Shown: positions 10,389 to 20,418, counted from the stretch's first letter. The stretch: DNA of 64,000 nt from an uncultured Pseudomonadales bacterium (GCA_964618725.1 CAZUBK010000003.1:81018-145017); one strand, 5' to 3'. The notes: generated by a model not told the origin, from the sequence alone. Numbers and translations are program-made.

Positions 10389-10901
10389 ATGCTCTTTGTT
10401 GTTCTAGGATTTTTCGCTGGCATACCTCTCGCCCTATATCTATTCCGCACCAGCAATCGTCAATTTAATACAGGTGGCGGTTGGCTTACCTCACTAATGA
10501 TTGGTAGTATGTTCGCCGCCCTCGGCATAATTCCTGCCATGATTATTGGTGAATTTCTTCCTCTCGAATACCGACTTGATCAAAGCTACGAACTCTATAG
10601 CCTCCGTCAAGGAGATACTCTCGGCGGTCAATTCTTCCTCGGCTCGGGTTCCATTTCTGGACAGGAAATGTATTACTACAATATTGCTCACCCCGATGGC
10701 AGTTACTCGCCCGAGGAGCTGTCTACCAATAATTACATCCGCGTCCACGAGGAAGACCGTTCTGATGGCCGACTCGACGTCTATCGCACACACCTCATCA
10801 ACAACAACTTTATTTGGCTTGGTCTACCTCCTGATACCAGATACCAGTACCACTTTTATATCCCCAATGGTTCCCTAGAGCGAAACTACATTCTCCACTG
10901 A
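10389..10901 (+). CDS. Hypothetical membrane protein (orphan insertion)
   Basis: 170 aa, two N-terminal TM helices; own promoter, RBS and terminator. Confidence 0.75.
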   Translation: MLFVVLGFFAGIPLALYLFRTSNRQFNTGGGWLTSLMIGSMFAALGIIPAMIIGEFLPLEYRLDQSYELYSLRQGDTLGGQFFLGSGSISGQEMYYYNIAHPDGSYSPEELSTNNYIRVHEEDRSDGRLDVYRTHLINNNFIWLGLPPDTRYQYHFYIPNGSLERNYILH

Positions 10902-10908
10902 TTTCCCC

Positions 10909-10936
10909 AGAGGAAGGCATCCACCTTCCTCTTTTT
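10909..10936 (+). terminator. Intrinsic terminator
   Basis: AGAGGAAGG-catcca-CCTTCCTCT followed by a T run. Confidence 0.75.
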
Positions 10937-10939
10937 CCT

Positions 10940-11713
10940 TCACAAAATCTTTTTCCCTTCTAACACTGGCTTACATTTCCCCGCCTTTATCAAATCGGGA
11001 ATGCTCAACACCTCCCCCTCCGACAAAGTCACCCTTGTCGCCATCCTCCCCACCAATTCCGCCTTATGAGCATCCGAATTGCCTACCATAGGCAAACTCA
11101 ATCGCCTCGCCAATCCAATTCTCTTTCCTGCCAACAGTCTCGCCGCCTCATTCATGGTATTACTCTTATCCAACATCTCTGTTGCATTACCCACTTCTAC
11201 TGCATGGATCAAATCTCTGTATTTCTCGATTTCACCAAAGCTTAGTGAGGTCATCCCAAACCCCGGCTGCGGATGTGCCGCAATTACCAGAGCCTCCGGG
11301 TATCCATTTACAAAATCCAAAAACGCCGACAAGGACGGTCTAACCGGATAAGGAAAGTGTCTTAAATACGAAACCAGCGGATCATAAGGAACATTAATCG
11401 CTAACACATGAGCCAAATGGACGAACGGCTTCCTGCTTGTCCTCGCGTATGTCGTCACCTCCGCTCCTGTCAATAATTGTATCTGATAGCCCTCAGCCAA
11501 AATACATGCCCGTGGATACGCACCGACGTTATCATGATCCGTTATCGCCAAACAGGCCAACCCACGCCTGGCCGCCATCTCAAATATTTTTTCTAGATAC
11601 GCACCACTATCAATGCTCAAATACGAGTGGATATGCAAATCCGCCAAGTAGTGCAATTCATGATTCACTACTTTCAATTTACCACTTTGTCTGACAAAAT
11701 CGTCCCAATTCAC
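10940..11713 (-). CDS. PHP-domain phosphoesterase
   Basis: DLHIHS, AITDHD, GAEV, AAHP, GNSDAH. Confidence 0.9.
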   Translation of the reverse strand: MNWDDFVRQSGKLKVVNHELHYLADLHIHSYLSIDSGAYLEKIFEMAARRGLACLAITDHDNVGAYPRACILAEGYQIQLLTGAEVTTYARTSRKPFVHLAHVLAINVPYDPLVSYLRHFPYPVRPSLSAFLDFVNGYPEALVIAAHPQPGFGMTSLSFGEIEKYRDLIHAVEVGNATEMLDKSNTMNEAARLLAGKRIGLARRLSLPMVGNSDAHKAELVGRMATRVTLSEGEVLSIPDLIKAGKCKPVLEGKKIL

Positions 11714-11723
11714 AAAACTTCAC

Positions 11724-12692
11724 CTACTTAATTACTCCCCTCACTGCCTCAATAATTGCCTCTTTTGTCATTCCATATTTCCTCACAATCTCCTCCGGTT
11801 GCCCACTCTCCCCAAACACCCCCTTCATTCCCACAAATCTGCATCTCACCGGACACTCTTCCGTCAACACCTCGGCTACGCTACTCCCCAATCCCCCTAT
11901 TACCTGATGTTCTTCGGCTACAACAATCCGTTTGCACTTCTGCGCCACCCGAACAATTTCTTCTCTATCAACCGGCTTAATTGTGTGGATATTCACCACC
12001 TCACACTCTATCCTCGGAAAAAGCTCTTTCGCCGCCATCAACGCCTCATACACCATCGAGCCTGAGGCGATGATTCCTACATCCCTCCCTTTCCGCAGCA
12101 ACTGTGCCTTACCCAACTCAAACGGCGTCATGTGTGTCGTGATGACTGCTCGAGCCGGCTTCGTCATCCGCATGTATACCGGCCCCACTTGTTCACTTAT
12201 CGCCACCACCGCCTTCTTTATCTGCTCATAATCACACGGGACCACCACCATCAAGTTGGGTAATGCCCGCACCATCGCAATATCTTCAAACATTTGCTGA
12301 TTGGCTCCATCAACTCCATTCCCCACTCCCGCATGTCCTCCAATAATCTTCACATTAGCTTTGCTCAAACAGACCGCTGCCCTTAGTTGATCAAAGTTTC
12401 TTCCCGGACTAAAGCAGGCAAGAGAGTTCACAAATGGGATCTTGCCCGACAACGCCATCCCGGCCGCCACTCCCATCATATTTTGTTCCGCGATCCCCAT
12501 CTCAATACACCGGGCAGGGAACTCTTCACAAAAGTCAACAACCCGCAGACTTTCCTTGAGATCTGCCACTAACACTACTACCTCCGGATTGTTCTTCCCT
12601 AATTCTAAAAGCGTTTCACCATATCCATCTCTCATCGACTTCTTTTCTGTCTTCGTCAAATCTTCTACTAAATGCATCTGAGGATTAATCAT
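11724..12692 (-). CDS. Transketolase, C-terminal (pyrimidine-binding) subunit
   Basis: MGIAEQNMMGVAAG, VAEEHQVIGGLG, FGESG. Confidence 0.93.
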   Translation of the reverse strand: MINPQMHLVEDLTKTEKKSMRDGYGETLLELGKNNPEVVVLVADLKESLRVVDFCEEFPARCIEMGIAEQNMMGVAAGMALSGKIPFVNSLACFSPGRNFDQLRAAVCLSKANVKIIGGHAGVGNGVDGANQQMFEDIAMVRALPNLMVVVPCDYEQIKKAVVAISEQVGPVYMRMTKPARAVITTHMTPFELGKAQLLRKGRDVGIIASGSMVYEALMAAKELFPRIECEVVNIHTIKPVDREEIVRVAQKCKRIVVAEEHQVIGGLGSSVAEVLTEECPVRCRFVGMKGVFGESGQPEEIVRKYGMTKEAIIEAVRGVIK

Positions 12693-12704
12693 CAGCTTAA
12701 TTAA

Positions 12705-12732
12705 AACAGAAAACCCGGCTAGAAAGCCGGGT
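12705..12732 (-). terminator. Intrinsic terminator
   Basis: ACCCGGCT-agaa-AGCCGGGT stem with a T-rich tail on the minus strand, just after the 12744 stop. Confidence 0.7.
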
Positions 12733-12743
12733 GACCAAACAAC

Positions 12744-13049
12744 CTACTCAAACGAATAATCCATCTGCTGCATCTGGCGCTTGAACTTGCGTGCCTTGCG
12801 CCGGCGCTCATGGCGAGCAACCTTAAAACGAGTCTCGATCGTAAACCCCCGATGATGAGAGTAGATCTCAATCTTCCGATGGGTCGGAATATCCGCCCAT
12901 TCCCCTTCACGGATTTCCCAGGCAATCGGGGAAAATACAGGAACAGTGATGTCCTGTCGGTGTTCCACCTTAGCGGCTGCCCATTCACGACGAAGTCCCA
13001 CGTGCTTGATCTGACGACTAAGCCGAACACGCGTGGAAGGATATGCCAT
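12744..13049 (-). CDS. Basic hypothetical protein inserted between the two transketolase genes
   Basis: Likely start MAYPSTR (13049) with AAGGAG RBS and TTGACA-17-TAATAT promoter at 13109-13081; own terminator. Confidence 0.65.
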   Translation of the reverse strand: MAYPSTRVRLSRQIKHVGLRREWAAAKVEHRQDITVPVFSPIAWEIREGEWADIPTHRKIEIYSHHRGFTIETRFKVARHERRRKARKFKRQMQQMDYSFE

Positions 13050-13120
13050 GATTTCTCCTTTTTGCGTTCGATCTACCCTGATATTATCAAATTCAGATCC
13101 TCCTGTCAAGTGTTATAAGA

Positions 13121-13975
13121 CTAGTCATTTGATATTCTCCCTCCCAAGGTCCTTATATGCTTAATATCCGCCAGTGCCTCCACCGCTTCTCCCACACTCG
13201 GCGCCTTCCCATGCCACTCCGGCTCCCCTTCCATAAACTCAACTCCCTTGCCCGGAATTGTGTGCAATACTATCGCCGTCGTCTTCTCATATACAGCCTT
13301 AGCTTTGTTTAAGGCATCAAGTATCTCTTCAATATTGTGTCCATCTACCTCAATTACATTCAAGTTAAACGCCTCCAATTTCCGTCTCAAGGACTCAAGC
13401 GGCATCACTTCCTCCGTATGTCCATCAATCTGGATATTGTTTCTGTCGATCACAATCGTCAGATTGTTTAATCTCTCTTTCCCAAGAAACATGTATGCTT
13501 CCCAACACTGCCCCTCATCTTGCTCCCCGTCTCCCATAAAACAAATTGTCCGCCACTTTCTTCCATCCATCCTCGCCGTCAATGCCATTCCAACTGCTTG
13601 TGAGATCCCCTGTCCCAATGGTCCCGAAGTATTCTCTATTCCCGGTAGCCCCCTCGCCACCGGATGCCCCTGCATTCGACTGTTGATCTGCCTCAAGCTC
13701 TCTAGTTCTGTCTTGGGGAAAAAACCCGCCTCTGCTAAACAAGCATATTGTACTGGACAGTAATGCCCCGCTGACAACACCACCCTATCTCTCTCTTCAT
13801 TCCAAGGATCCAACACATCGTATCTAATGACATCTCCAAAGTACAAAGCTGAAAAGAAATCAGCTGAGCCCAATGGCCCCGCCGCATGTCCCGTCCCCGC
13901 ATTCACCAAAGTTTTAATTACCGTCCCCCTTATCTCATTCGCCTTCTCCTGGAGCTGATCAATCGTATATTTCAC
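13121..13975 (-). CDS. Transketolase, N-terminal (TPP-binding) subunit
   Basis: LSAGH, GPLGQG, GDGEQDEG, DRNNIQIDG, WHGK. Confidence 0.93.
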   Translation of the reverse strand: MKYTIDQLQEKANEIRGTVIKTLVNAGTGHAAGPLGSADFFSALYFGDVIRYDVLDPWNEERDRVVLSAGHYCPVQYACLAEAGFFPKTELESLRQINSRMQGHPVARGLPGIENTSGPLGQGISQAVGMALTARMDGRKWRTICFMGDGEQDEGQCWEAYMFLGKERLNNLTIVIDRNNIQIDGHTEEVMPLESLRRKLEAFNLNVIEVDGHNIEEILDALNKAKAVYEKTTAIVLHTIPGKGVEFMEGEPEWHGKAPSVGEAVEALADIKHIRTLGGRISND

Positions 13976-13994
13976 CCTTCTAGTTTAACAAGAA

Positions 13995-14019
13995 AAGCCA
14001 GGTCTCTTCGATCTGGCTT
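13995..14019 (-). terminator. Intrinsic terminator (possibly bidirectional)
   Basis: AAGCCAGGTC-tcttc-GATCTGGCTT flanked by A- and T-rich tracts. Confidence 0.65.
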
Positions 14020-14026
14020 CTTTCCA

Positions 14027-14383
14027 TCATTCTCCAACCAAAGTATCCGATATCTGCTTTAACTCCACCAAAGTCGTTTCCCGCTCAAAAAACCTTTTTT
14101 CCCGCTTGAAGCATCCATTTACTTTAGTCAATACTGTTCTAGATACCTTTACTGCTATCTTCCCTTCCAAATTCACAAACTCAAGCAAGGCGCTCTCACC
14201 GTATACAGTTGCGTCTAACTTGGCCCGCTTCTTAGTCAGTAGCGGCAAGACCACTTTCATCAAGAAATCCCGCTTCTCATCCTCCGTAAAAAAAATCATT
14301 ACCAGGTTCTCCTCATCCAGTTTAATCGATAAATATCGTGCATCCTCAATCCCAATGACTGTAACTAGTAGTTTCTCATCCAA
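14027..14383 (-). CDS. Hypothetical protein
   Basis: 118 aa, AAGGAGG RBS before the TTG start, own terminator. Confidence 0.65.
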   Translation of the reverse strand: MDEKLLVTVIGIEDARYLSIKLDEENLVMIFFTEDEKRDFLMKVVLPLLTKKRAKLDATVYGESALLEFVNLEGKIAVKVSRTVLTKVNGCFKREKRFFERETTLVELKQISDTLVGE

Positions 14384-14416
14384 CTTGCGTCCTCCTTCTC
14401 AAGGTACATGGGTATT

Positions 14417-15127
14417 TTACCCCAACAAAAACCGTATTCCAATCACCAAAAGTCCTACCAACACTATTTTCTTAAACATCTCAACTGACACTTTTCTCAC
14501 AATCAGTTGTCCTAACCACACTCCTATTCCCGTCAACAAAATAAGTAACCATAAATATCCTTTGTAATCTTCGGGCAAAAACCCTTCGTTTAGATATACT
14601 GGTATCCTTACCAGATCCACTACTAAGGCAATCACCGCCATTGTCACTACGTATCTTTCTTTTACCAATCCATAAGCTGACAAGAACGCTCCCCGAAGGG
14701 CTCCACCCGTACCAATTAGTCCAGCCAAGAAACCAGACAGACTTCCCCCCAGAACCAAACTACCAACTTTTAATTTGATTCTTACCCCTTTCCTCAACAG
14801 ATTCCACCCTCCATATACAATCAGGAACACTCCCAGTATCTTCTTCAATAACTCTACATCGATAACTTTCACCATTTCTGCTCCAATAAAGCTTCCCATC
14901 ACGCTCGGCATACCAAAAATCAATAGTACCCTCCAATCAATACTTTTCCCGAACCAGCCCAACTTAAACAAGTTTCCCAAAATATGAACAATCGCTACCA
15001 ACACCAAGGCCAATCGAAAGTCAAAAAAGAATAACGCCACCGGTAATAGTATCGTTGACGAACCAAAACCCGCCACCGTTCCAACCACTTCAGCCAGTAG
15101 CACAAACAACAGAAACCAGAAATCCAT
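14417..15127 (-). CDS. TauE/SafE-family (TSUP) membrane transporter
   Basis: GTVAGFGSS and GLIGTGG internal repeat, about 8 TM helices. Confidence 0.88.
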   Translation of the reverse strand: MDFWFLLFVLLAEVVGTVAGFGSSTILLPVALFFFDFRLALVLVAIVHILGNLFKLGWFGKSIDWRVLLIFGMPSVMGSFIGAEMVKVIDVELLKKILGVFLIVYGGWNLLRKGVRIKLKVGSLVLGGSLSGFLAGLIGTGGALRGAFLSAYGLVKERYVVTMAVIALVVDLVRIPVYLNEGFLPEDYKGYLWLLILLTGIGVWLGQLIVRKVSVEMFKKIVLVGLLVIGIRFLLG

Positions 15128-15154
15128 ATCTCAATCTAGCATAATTGGGTCTCC

Positions 15155-15799
15155 TCAATTCATAAACGACTTCTCCAGATCCTGCCCACTTCCCGTCTGC
15201 AATCCTGATCCATGATCGCCGCGTAACATCTCTGTCTCGTAACTCCAAAGTGCCTCTAAGGCTCTTTCCGGAGTATTTACTATTCTATATACCCGCAACT
15301 CCTCCGGTCTCAGTTTCATTCCCGCCGCAAACGACTCCAAAATTGCGTGCCAGAAATCACCGTACAAGATCAAGGGTTTATGATGTCCGTAATACAACCT
15401 CGCCAAACCCCAGGCCATACCAAACTCAGAGATTGTCCCCGTTCCCCCATTAAAGATCATATATGCATTTCCCAGTTCCAATAGCTTCATCGTCCGATCT
15501 AAATAGTTATTCATAATCACTTCCTTGTCCGCTTTGTTAAGCGGATCTTTCCCTTCAAAATTCTCCATATGCTTGGGATAAAAGGTCGCCACATATGCCT
15601 TACCGTCTCCCTCATGCGCTCCCTCCGTTGCCGCCCGCATTATCCCCGGTCCCCCTCCATTAACCACCACTATGCCGTGTTCTGCCAAAACCCTCGCCGT
15701 CTCTTTGGCTGATTCGTACAGCTCATCTCCCATTTGAGCATCGGCAAAACCCAAAAATGATACCGCCTTAATTTTCTGGAACTTGCCCTTAATGTCCAT
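15155..15799 (-). CDS. LOG-family nucleotide-binding protein
   Basis: NGGGPGIMRAA, GGTGTISE motifs. Confidence 0.88.
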   Translation of the reverse strand: MDIKGKFQKIKAVSFLGFADAQMGDELYESAKETARVLAEHGIVVVNGGGPGIMRAATEGAHEGDGKAYVATFYPKHMENFEGKDPLNKADKEVIMNNYLDRTMKLLELGNAYMIFNGGTGTISEFGMAWGLARLYYGHHKPLILYGDFWHAILESFAAGMKLRPEELRVYRIVNTPERALEALWSYETEMLRGDHGSGLQTGSGQDLEKSFMN

Positions 15800-15800
15800 A

Positions 15801-16484
15801 CTATGCTTCTAAATATCTTAACTTTCTAAGCTTCTCTTCTAGGTTCTCTGCGTTAAGCAAATGCATCCCCACGGCAAACTCAATATCTAATAGATTCTCG
15901 TGTAACTCATCTTCCCGTATCTCCTCGGCCCATTCCGCCGCCACACATGCCTTCATTTCTGACACATCTAGTCCCCCATCAATACAAATCAAAATATCCT
16001 TTCGTAGTTTTCTCACTTCCTCAATTTTAGGTAACACTGCCTCACTAAATACTCCTCCGGTTTCTCCCACTTTCGCCGACATTAATAGCACAGCATTTAG
16101 ATCCTCAATTACTCCCGGCGCAATCCGTGAAACCGGTGTCTCTAAGTCCAGAGCCAAACCCACTCCGAAGCCTTTAACCTGAGCCTCAGCAATAAACAAG
16201 ATCTGATCCTCCATTTTTTCTATATGCCCAAACACCCGCTCCGCCCCAATTGCTCGGCATTGTTCCAACCACTCAATCGGTTCATCCACCATCAACTGCA
16301 CATCCAACTTAACTCCTCCAAAAGAAAATCCCACCAAATCCTGAGGGAATATTGTCTTATTTGCGGCAAACACGCCATCGACTACATCTAGTTGTACTCT
16401 CTCCACCAACTCCTTGACTTGGTCAAACTTTTCTTCCCATTCTTTCAAGTCTTTGGCCAGAATAGCCGGAATAACGTTTACCAT
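15801..16484 (-). CDS. rpe: Ribulose-phosphate 3-epimerase
   Basis: PAIL, QLDVVDGVF, DVQLMV, LLM, IDGG; some metal-ligand His residues appear replaced by Gln. Confidence 0.82.
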   Translation of the reverse strand: MVNVIPAILAKDLKEWEEKFDQVKELVERVQLDVVDGVFAANKTIFPQDLVGFSFGGVKLDVQLMVDEPIEWLEQCRAIGAERVFGHIEKMEDQILFIAEAQVKGFGVGLALDLETPVSRIAPGVIEDLNAVLLMSAKVGETGGVFSEAVLPKIEEVRKLRKDILICIDGGLDVSEMKACVAAEWAEEIREDELHENLLDIEFAVGMHLLNAENLEEKLRKLRYLEA

Positions 16485-16511
16485 GACTTCAATAGTAACA
16501 CGGATCTGAGC

Positions 16512-16931
16512 TTATATCTCCAATTCTTTCAAGGATACACAATGTTTCTTAACTTTTAGCAAAGCCTTATCCTCGGTAATTAATCTGGCACGTTTCTTTA
16601 TAGCCAATAAAAGGTAATTCGCATCATAAGCCGTCAAGTCATATTTGAACATCAATTTGTTCAGCTTATACACCTCATTTGTTTCTAACTCGATGAATTG
16701 AAGCCCACTTTTCAACAGTTTCTTCATCGCCATATCAATTTCAACCATCGAGAACTTTTTTCCATTTTTTAAAGTATTTACCATCTCTATAACCAATAGT
16801 TTTGGCGAAAACGCCCTAACCTTCTGACCTCTTACCGCCACGTACAATCGCTTAACCTCTTCACTCCAGCTTTCAGTGACATCAAAAAGTTTTATTAACG
16901 CACTGCTGTCAATCACGACTTTATTTTCCAT
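16512..16931 (-). CDS. VapC-like PIN-domain toxin
   Basis: VIDSSALIK, E, TAYDANYL, LITED. Confidence 0.9.
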   Translation of the reverse strand: MENKVVIDSSALIKLFDVTESWSEEVKRLYVAVRGQKVRAFSPKLLVIEMVNTLKNGKKFSMVEIDMAMKKLLKSGLQFIELETNEVYKLNKLMFKYDLTAYDANYLLLAIKKRARLITEDKALLKVKKHCVSLKELEI

Positions 16932-17172
16932 ATCGAGAATCCCTCATCTGCCTAATAAATTTGGTTGTATCTATTTGCTTTCCCTTCTTTGCCAGTTTAC
17001 GGAAAAAAGCCAGATCTTCTTCAGCAGAGGTCTCATCTTCTTTTCCTTGTAGATCAAACTTCTCCATTATCAATCTAGACAAACTCTTCCTTTCTCTTAA
17101 CGATTGCCATCTTAATTGTTCGTGAAAGTCTTGAGGAAAGCTAACTGTAGTTCTAACCATTTGTGTCTGCAT
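16921..17172 (-). CDS. RHH/CopG-type antitoxin (VapB-like)
   Basis: MVRTTVSFP...SLSRLI; overlaps the PIN gene start. Confidence 0.8.
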   Translation of the reverse strand: MQTQMVRTTVSFPQDFHEQLRWQSLRERKSLSRLIMEKFDLQGKEDETSAEEDLAFFRKLAKKGKQIDTTKFIRQMRDSRYGK

Positions 17173-17175
17173 ACT

Positions 17176-17206
17176 TGCATCATAGCATCATTGCATCACT
17201 TGTCAA
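17176..17206 (-). promoter_or_regulatory. Toxin-antitoxin promoter with putative operator repeats
   Basis: TTGACA-16-TATGAT 6 nt before ATG; three (T)GCATCA repeats overlap the promoter. Confidence 0.6.
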
Positions 17207-17287
17207 GATCCCAACTGTACTTCTCCCACCTATCATTACAACTGTGTTAAGATCTCTCAACGCTCTTTCAAAACAGGAAGAAAATAA

Positions 17288-17809
17288 ATGTCCGTTCTGC
17301 CCCAATCTCGACCACTTGATACCCAAGAATTATTTGCCATCGCAAGATGCACTTATACCCTCACCTTCGACAAAAACAGCGGTGAATTTGTCATGTCGTT
17401 TCCTCGTGACCAAGGACACGGCAGCTACACTCGTCGTTTACCCGGACCATTTACCCTTGAGTGGCACTCCGTCGGAAACGTCATGCTGCCCTATCTTGGT
17501 TTCCCTCCAATCACCGACGGTGGTGATAGTGAATTAGAAAAGAGAGAAATGGTTCATCTCATCAATAAATCACTATTACTCATCTTTCCGTCCATCCCCA
17601 TGGATGAGCAAATGAAAGAAACGCTACTTTTTAAGACAATTCGTCAACAACGCCTCTCTTTAGAGACGGAAAGAATCACGCTCAAGAAAAGCTACCAAGA
17701 ACGTCTCAACCAGATCGACCAAGAACTACAAACACTACAGTCCAATTGTCCTCATCTTAATGTTGTTAGCTGGGGAACCTGCGAAGACTGTGGTCTGATG
17801 GACCCGTAA
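17288..17809 (+). CDS. Hypothetical protein with coiled coil and C-terminal Zn-ribbon-like motif
   Basis: 173 aa; CPH...CEDC at the C-terminus; own terminator. Confidence 0.7.
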   Translation: MSVLPQSRPLDTQELFAIARCTYTLTFDKNSGEFVMSFPRDQGHGSYTRRLPGPFTLEWHSVGNVMLPYLGFPPITDGGDSELEKREMVHLINKSLLLIFPSIPMDEQMKETLLFKTIRQQRLSLETERITLKKSYQERLNQIDQELQTLQSNCPHLNVVSWGTCEDCGLMDP

Positions 17810-17818
17810 TCACAATCT

Positions 17819-17844
17819 GGCTCACGTTTCAACGTGAGCCTTTT
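17819..17844 (+). terminator. Intrinsic terminator
   Basis: GGCTCACGTT-tc-AACGTGAGCC followed by TTTT. Confidence 0.75.
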
Positions 17845-17846
17845 CT

Positions 17847-18347
17847 TTAACAACACCCATCTCCATATCCCCCTCCACCACAACAGCCACCGCCGCATCC
17901 ACCACTATCACCAATCATTCCCATTTTAGCCACCCGTCGTTGATATCTTGTTTCATTACTAAAGTCTGTTTTCACAAATACTTCAATTAATTCTTTAGCT
18001 TTCTCTAAATCAATATAATCGGCCGGCAATGCCAGACAATTTATATTATCGTCCCTTCTCGCTCTCTCTATCTGTTTTTCGTCAAATCCAAGAGCACAAC
18101 GTGTTCCTGTATATCGATTGGCAGCGATACTGACCCCCACCCCGTTTCGACACAAAAGTATTCCTCTTGCCTCTAAGTCCCCCAACAATCCGTCCACAAC
18201 ATCCAAAGAATAATCAACAAAGTCATCCCCTTCTATCAATCTCTCTGCTCCCACATCTACCACTTCATGTCCTTTTCCCAATAACCACGTCTTTAACTCC
18301 TCTTTCATTTTGTACCCACCATGATCTGCACCAAGATAAATCTTCAC
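17847..18347 (-). CDS. rpiB: Ribose-5-phosphate isomerase B
   Basis: GADHGG, GILLCRNGVGVSIAANR, RYQRR; probable GTG start at 18347. Confidence 0.9.
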   Translation of the reverse strand: MKIYLGADHGGYKMKEELKTWLLGKGHEVVDVGAERLIEGDDFVDYSLDVVDGLLGDLEARGILLCRNGVGVSIAANRYTGTRCALGFDEKQIERARRDDNINCLALPADYIDLEKAKELIEVFVKTDFSNETRYQRRVAKMGMIGDSGGCGGGCCGGGGYGDGCC

Positions 18348-18425
18348 CCTTCTATTGTAACAAAACATTCCTAGTACCCATAGTGTATAATATCTCTATC
18401 GCACTCATAACAGGAGAGATCAGTA

Positions 18426-18566
18426 ATGAGTAACAAACAAATCTACACCCTCACGACTGTACTTCTTGGTCTCATCGTCGTTTTCACTGGCTTCCCGCTT
18501 ATTGGTGTCATCATCTTTCTTTCCTGGCTTATCATCATCCCATTCATCCTCGGCAAACCAGACTAA
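18426..18566 (+). CDS. Small membrane protein (46 aa)
   Basis: MSNKQIYTLTTVLLGLIVVFTGFPLIGVIIFLSWLIIIPFILGKPD; TATAAT at 18386, AGGAG RBS, terminator at 18578; not in the ORF track. Confidence 0.7.
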   Translation: MSNKQIYTLTTVLLGLIVVFTGFPLIGVIIFLSWLIIIPFILGKPD

Positions 18567-18577
18567 ATCGTTCAACC

Positions 18578-18600
18578 AACCGGAATTATATTCCGGTTTT
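18578..18600 (+). terminator. Intrinsic terminator
   Basis: AACCGGAAT-tat-ATTCCGGTT followed by TT. Confidence 0.65.
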
Positions 18601-19531
18601 ACTTTATTTCTTCTATCACTTTCCTGACTACACTCGCCGCTTCCCTTAGACCCTCTTCTTCCTTAGCCGACAAGTCTACCTCAAGTATTTCCTCGACTCC
18701 TCCTCGTCCCAACTTACACGGCACCGATAGCGCCACCCCCTCCTGTCCCCGATATCCATCTAAGGGTACCGACAAAGGCAAAATCACTTTCTCGTCATTC
18801 GCAATCGCCTCTACAATCCGACTAATCACCATTCCAATCGCCCACCAAGTCGCCCCTTTTGCCTCAATGATTTTTCCCGCCGCATCTTTTGCTTTCTCAT
18901 ATGTCTCCTCCACCAATACCTTTTCTACTCCTGGATATGCTAATAGTTTCTGCCCTCCAATTGCTGCATTCTCATAAACCGGGAAGGAATGATCCCCGTG
19001 TTCTCCCAAAACGTATGCGTGAACATTATGTGGATCCACCTCCAATTCTCCTGCTAAATAATGTCTAAAACGCATTGTATCCAGCATCGTTCCCGAACCA
19101 AACACCCTACCTTGCTTCACCCCTTCTATCTCGTTTGCCTTGTAGACCAAAACATCAACCGGATTCGTCACAATCAAAATGACTGCCTCTCCCACCACTG
19201 CTAAAATCTTTGGCATTATCTCCTCAATTATTCTCGTGTTCTCTCGTGCCAAATCTAACCGACTCTGTCCCGGCTGTTGAGCTGCTCCAGCAGCCACCAC
19301 CACTACGTCGCTGGCTGCTAAATCCTCCCATTTATTAGTTGCTACAATCCTCGCTTTCGACATCAGTGGTTGTGCCTCATCCAGATCCATCTTTTCTCCC
19401 TCCACTTTCTCTATCTCCCTTCCCCATAAAATCATCTCCGTCACCACTCCCTTCATCAACATCGCAAATACTGCCGCCATCCCTACTCTGCCACACCCCA
19501 CCATCGCCACCTTAAACTTATTATCTTGCAT
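18599..19531 (-). CDS. ldh: L-lactate dehydrogenase (LDH/MDH family)
   Basis: GCGRVG, AGAAQQPGQSRLDL (Gln specificity residue), TNPVD, LDTMRF, GEHGD. Confidence 0.9.
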   Translation of the reverse strand: MQDNKFKVAMVGCGRVGMAAVFAMLMKGVVTEMILWGREIEKVEGEKMDLDEAQPLMSKARIVATNKWEDLAASDVVVVAAGAAQQPGQSRLDLARENTRIIEEIMPKILAVVGEAVILIVTNPVDVLVYKANEIEGVKQGRVFGSGTMLDTMRFRHYLAGELEVDPHNVHAYVLGEHGDHSFPVYENAAIGGQKLLAYPGVEKVLVEETYEKAKDAAGKIIEAKGATWWAIGMVISRIVEAIANDEKVILPLSVPLDGYRGQEGVALSVPCKLGRGGVEEILEVDLSAKEEEGLREAASVVRKVIEEIK

Positions 19532-19664
19532 GACTTTAATATATGCCCCCTAATCGATATTTACCAATTTACCTTCCCTGTAATCCAAAATGTACTAACC
19601 CCGCCAAGATTAATCCGGCAATAAACAAAATCAAACTTTTCTTCATACCAATACTCATACTTCT

Positions 19665-20405
19665 TCATTTTATTTCATACCCCAATCTAAAGGCGATCTC
19701 AAATAACCATGCGTTCAAATATTTGTAGGTATCTGTCAGCAACAATACCCCCATCCCCGCCAACAGTAGCCCCGCTACTATACTAATCCAGTGAATATTC
19801 TTCGTAATCATCTTTAAGTATTGCGGCACCGAAGCCAGACTCATCGAAACAATCAAAAACGGCACCGATATCCCCAGAGAATATACAAACAAGAGCATCG
19901 CTCCCTGCCCCACTATCCCCGTATTTGCTGCCAATACCAAAATACTCCCTAACACCGCCCCGACACACGGTGTCCAGGCCAATCCAAAAATAAACCCCAA
20001 TAGTAACGGCCGAAGATATCCTGCATGTTCTGCCCAAGTCGGCAAAGTAAACTTTCGTTCATATGCTAGGAATCTGATTGGCAACAATCCCGCAAAATCC
20101 AAACCAAAGATAATCATAAGTATTCCTCCCACTCTTTGCAGAATCGTGGAGTAATGTCTGAGTGCCCCTCCTAACCCTGCCGCCGTTGCCCCCAAAATTA
20201 CAAATATGAGTGAAAATCCCAAGATATACAACAAACTTGAAATAAGTATCGTCTTTCGGTATCTATCCATCCCAAATCGCTTCAACTGATCAAGACTCAC
20301 TCCTGTTACATAACCAACATACGCTGGTAATAACGGCACCACACACGGAGCAAAGAAGCTCACCGCTCCAGATGTAAAGGCCACTATAAAGTTTAAATCA
20401 ACCAT
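19665..20405 (-). CDS. ccdA: CcdA/DsbD-family cytochrome c biogenesis protein
   Basis: SFFAPCVVPLLP and WTPCVG motifs. Confidence 0.9.
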   Translation of the reverse strand: MVDLNFIVAFTSGAVSFFAPCVVPLLPAYVGYVTGVSLDQLKRFGMDRYRKTILISSLLYILGFSLIFVILGATAAGLGGALRHYSTILQRVGGILMIIFGLDFAGLLPIRFLAYERKFTLPTWAEHAGYLRPLLLGFIFGLAWTPCVGAVLGSILVLAANTGIVGQGAMLLFVYSLGISVPFLIVSMSLASVPQYLKMITKNIHWISIVAGLLLAGMGVLLLTDTYKYLNAWLFEIAFRLGYEIK

Positions 20406-20418
20406 ATCTGTATTTTAA

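Noticed and set aside
19569-19646. 25-aa hydrophobic ORF MKKSLILFIAGLILAGLVHFGLQGR between ccdA and ldh
   Set aside because: Plausible but too short, with no clear RBS or recognisable family
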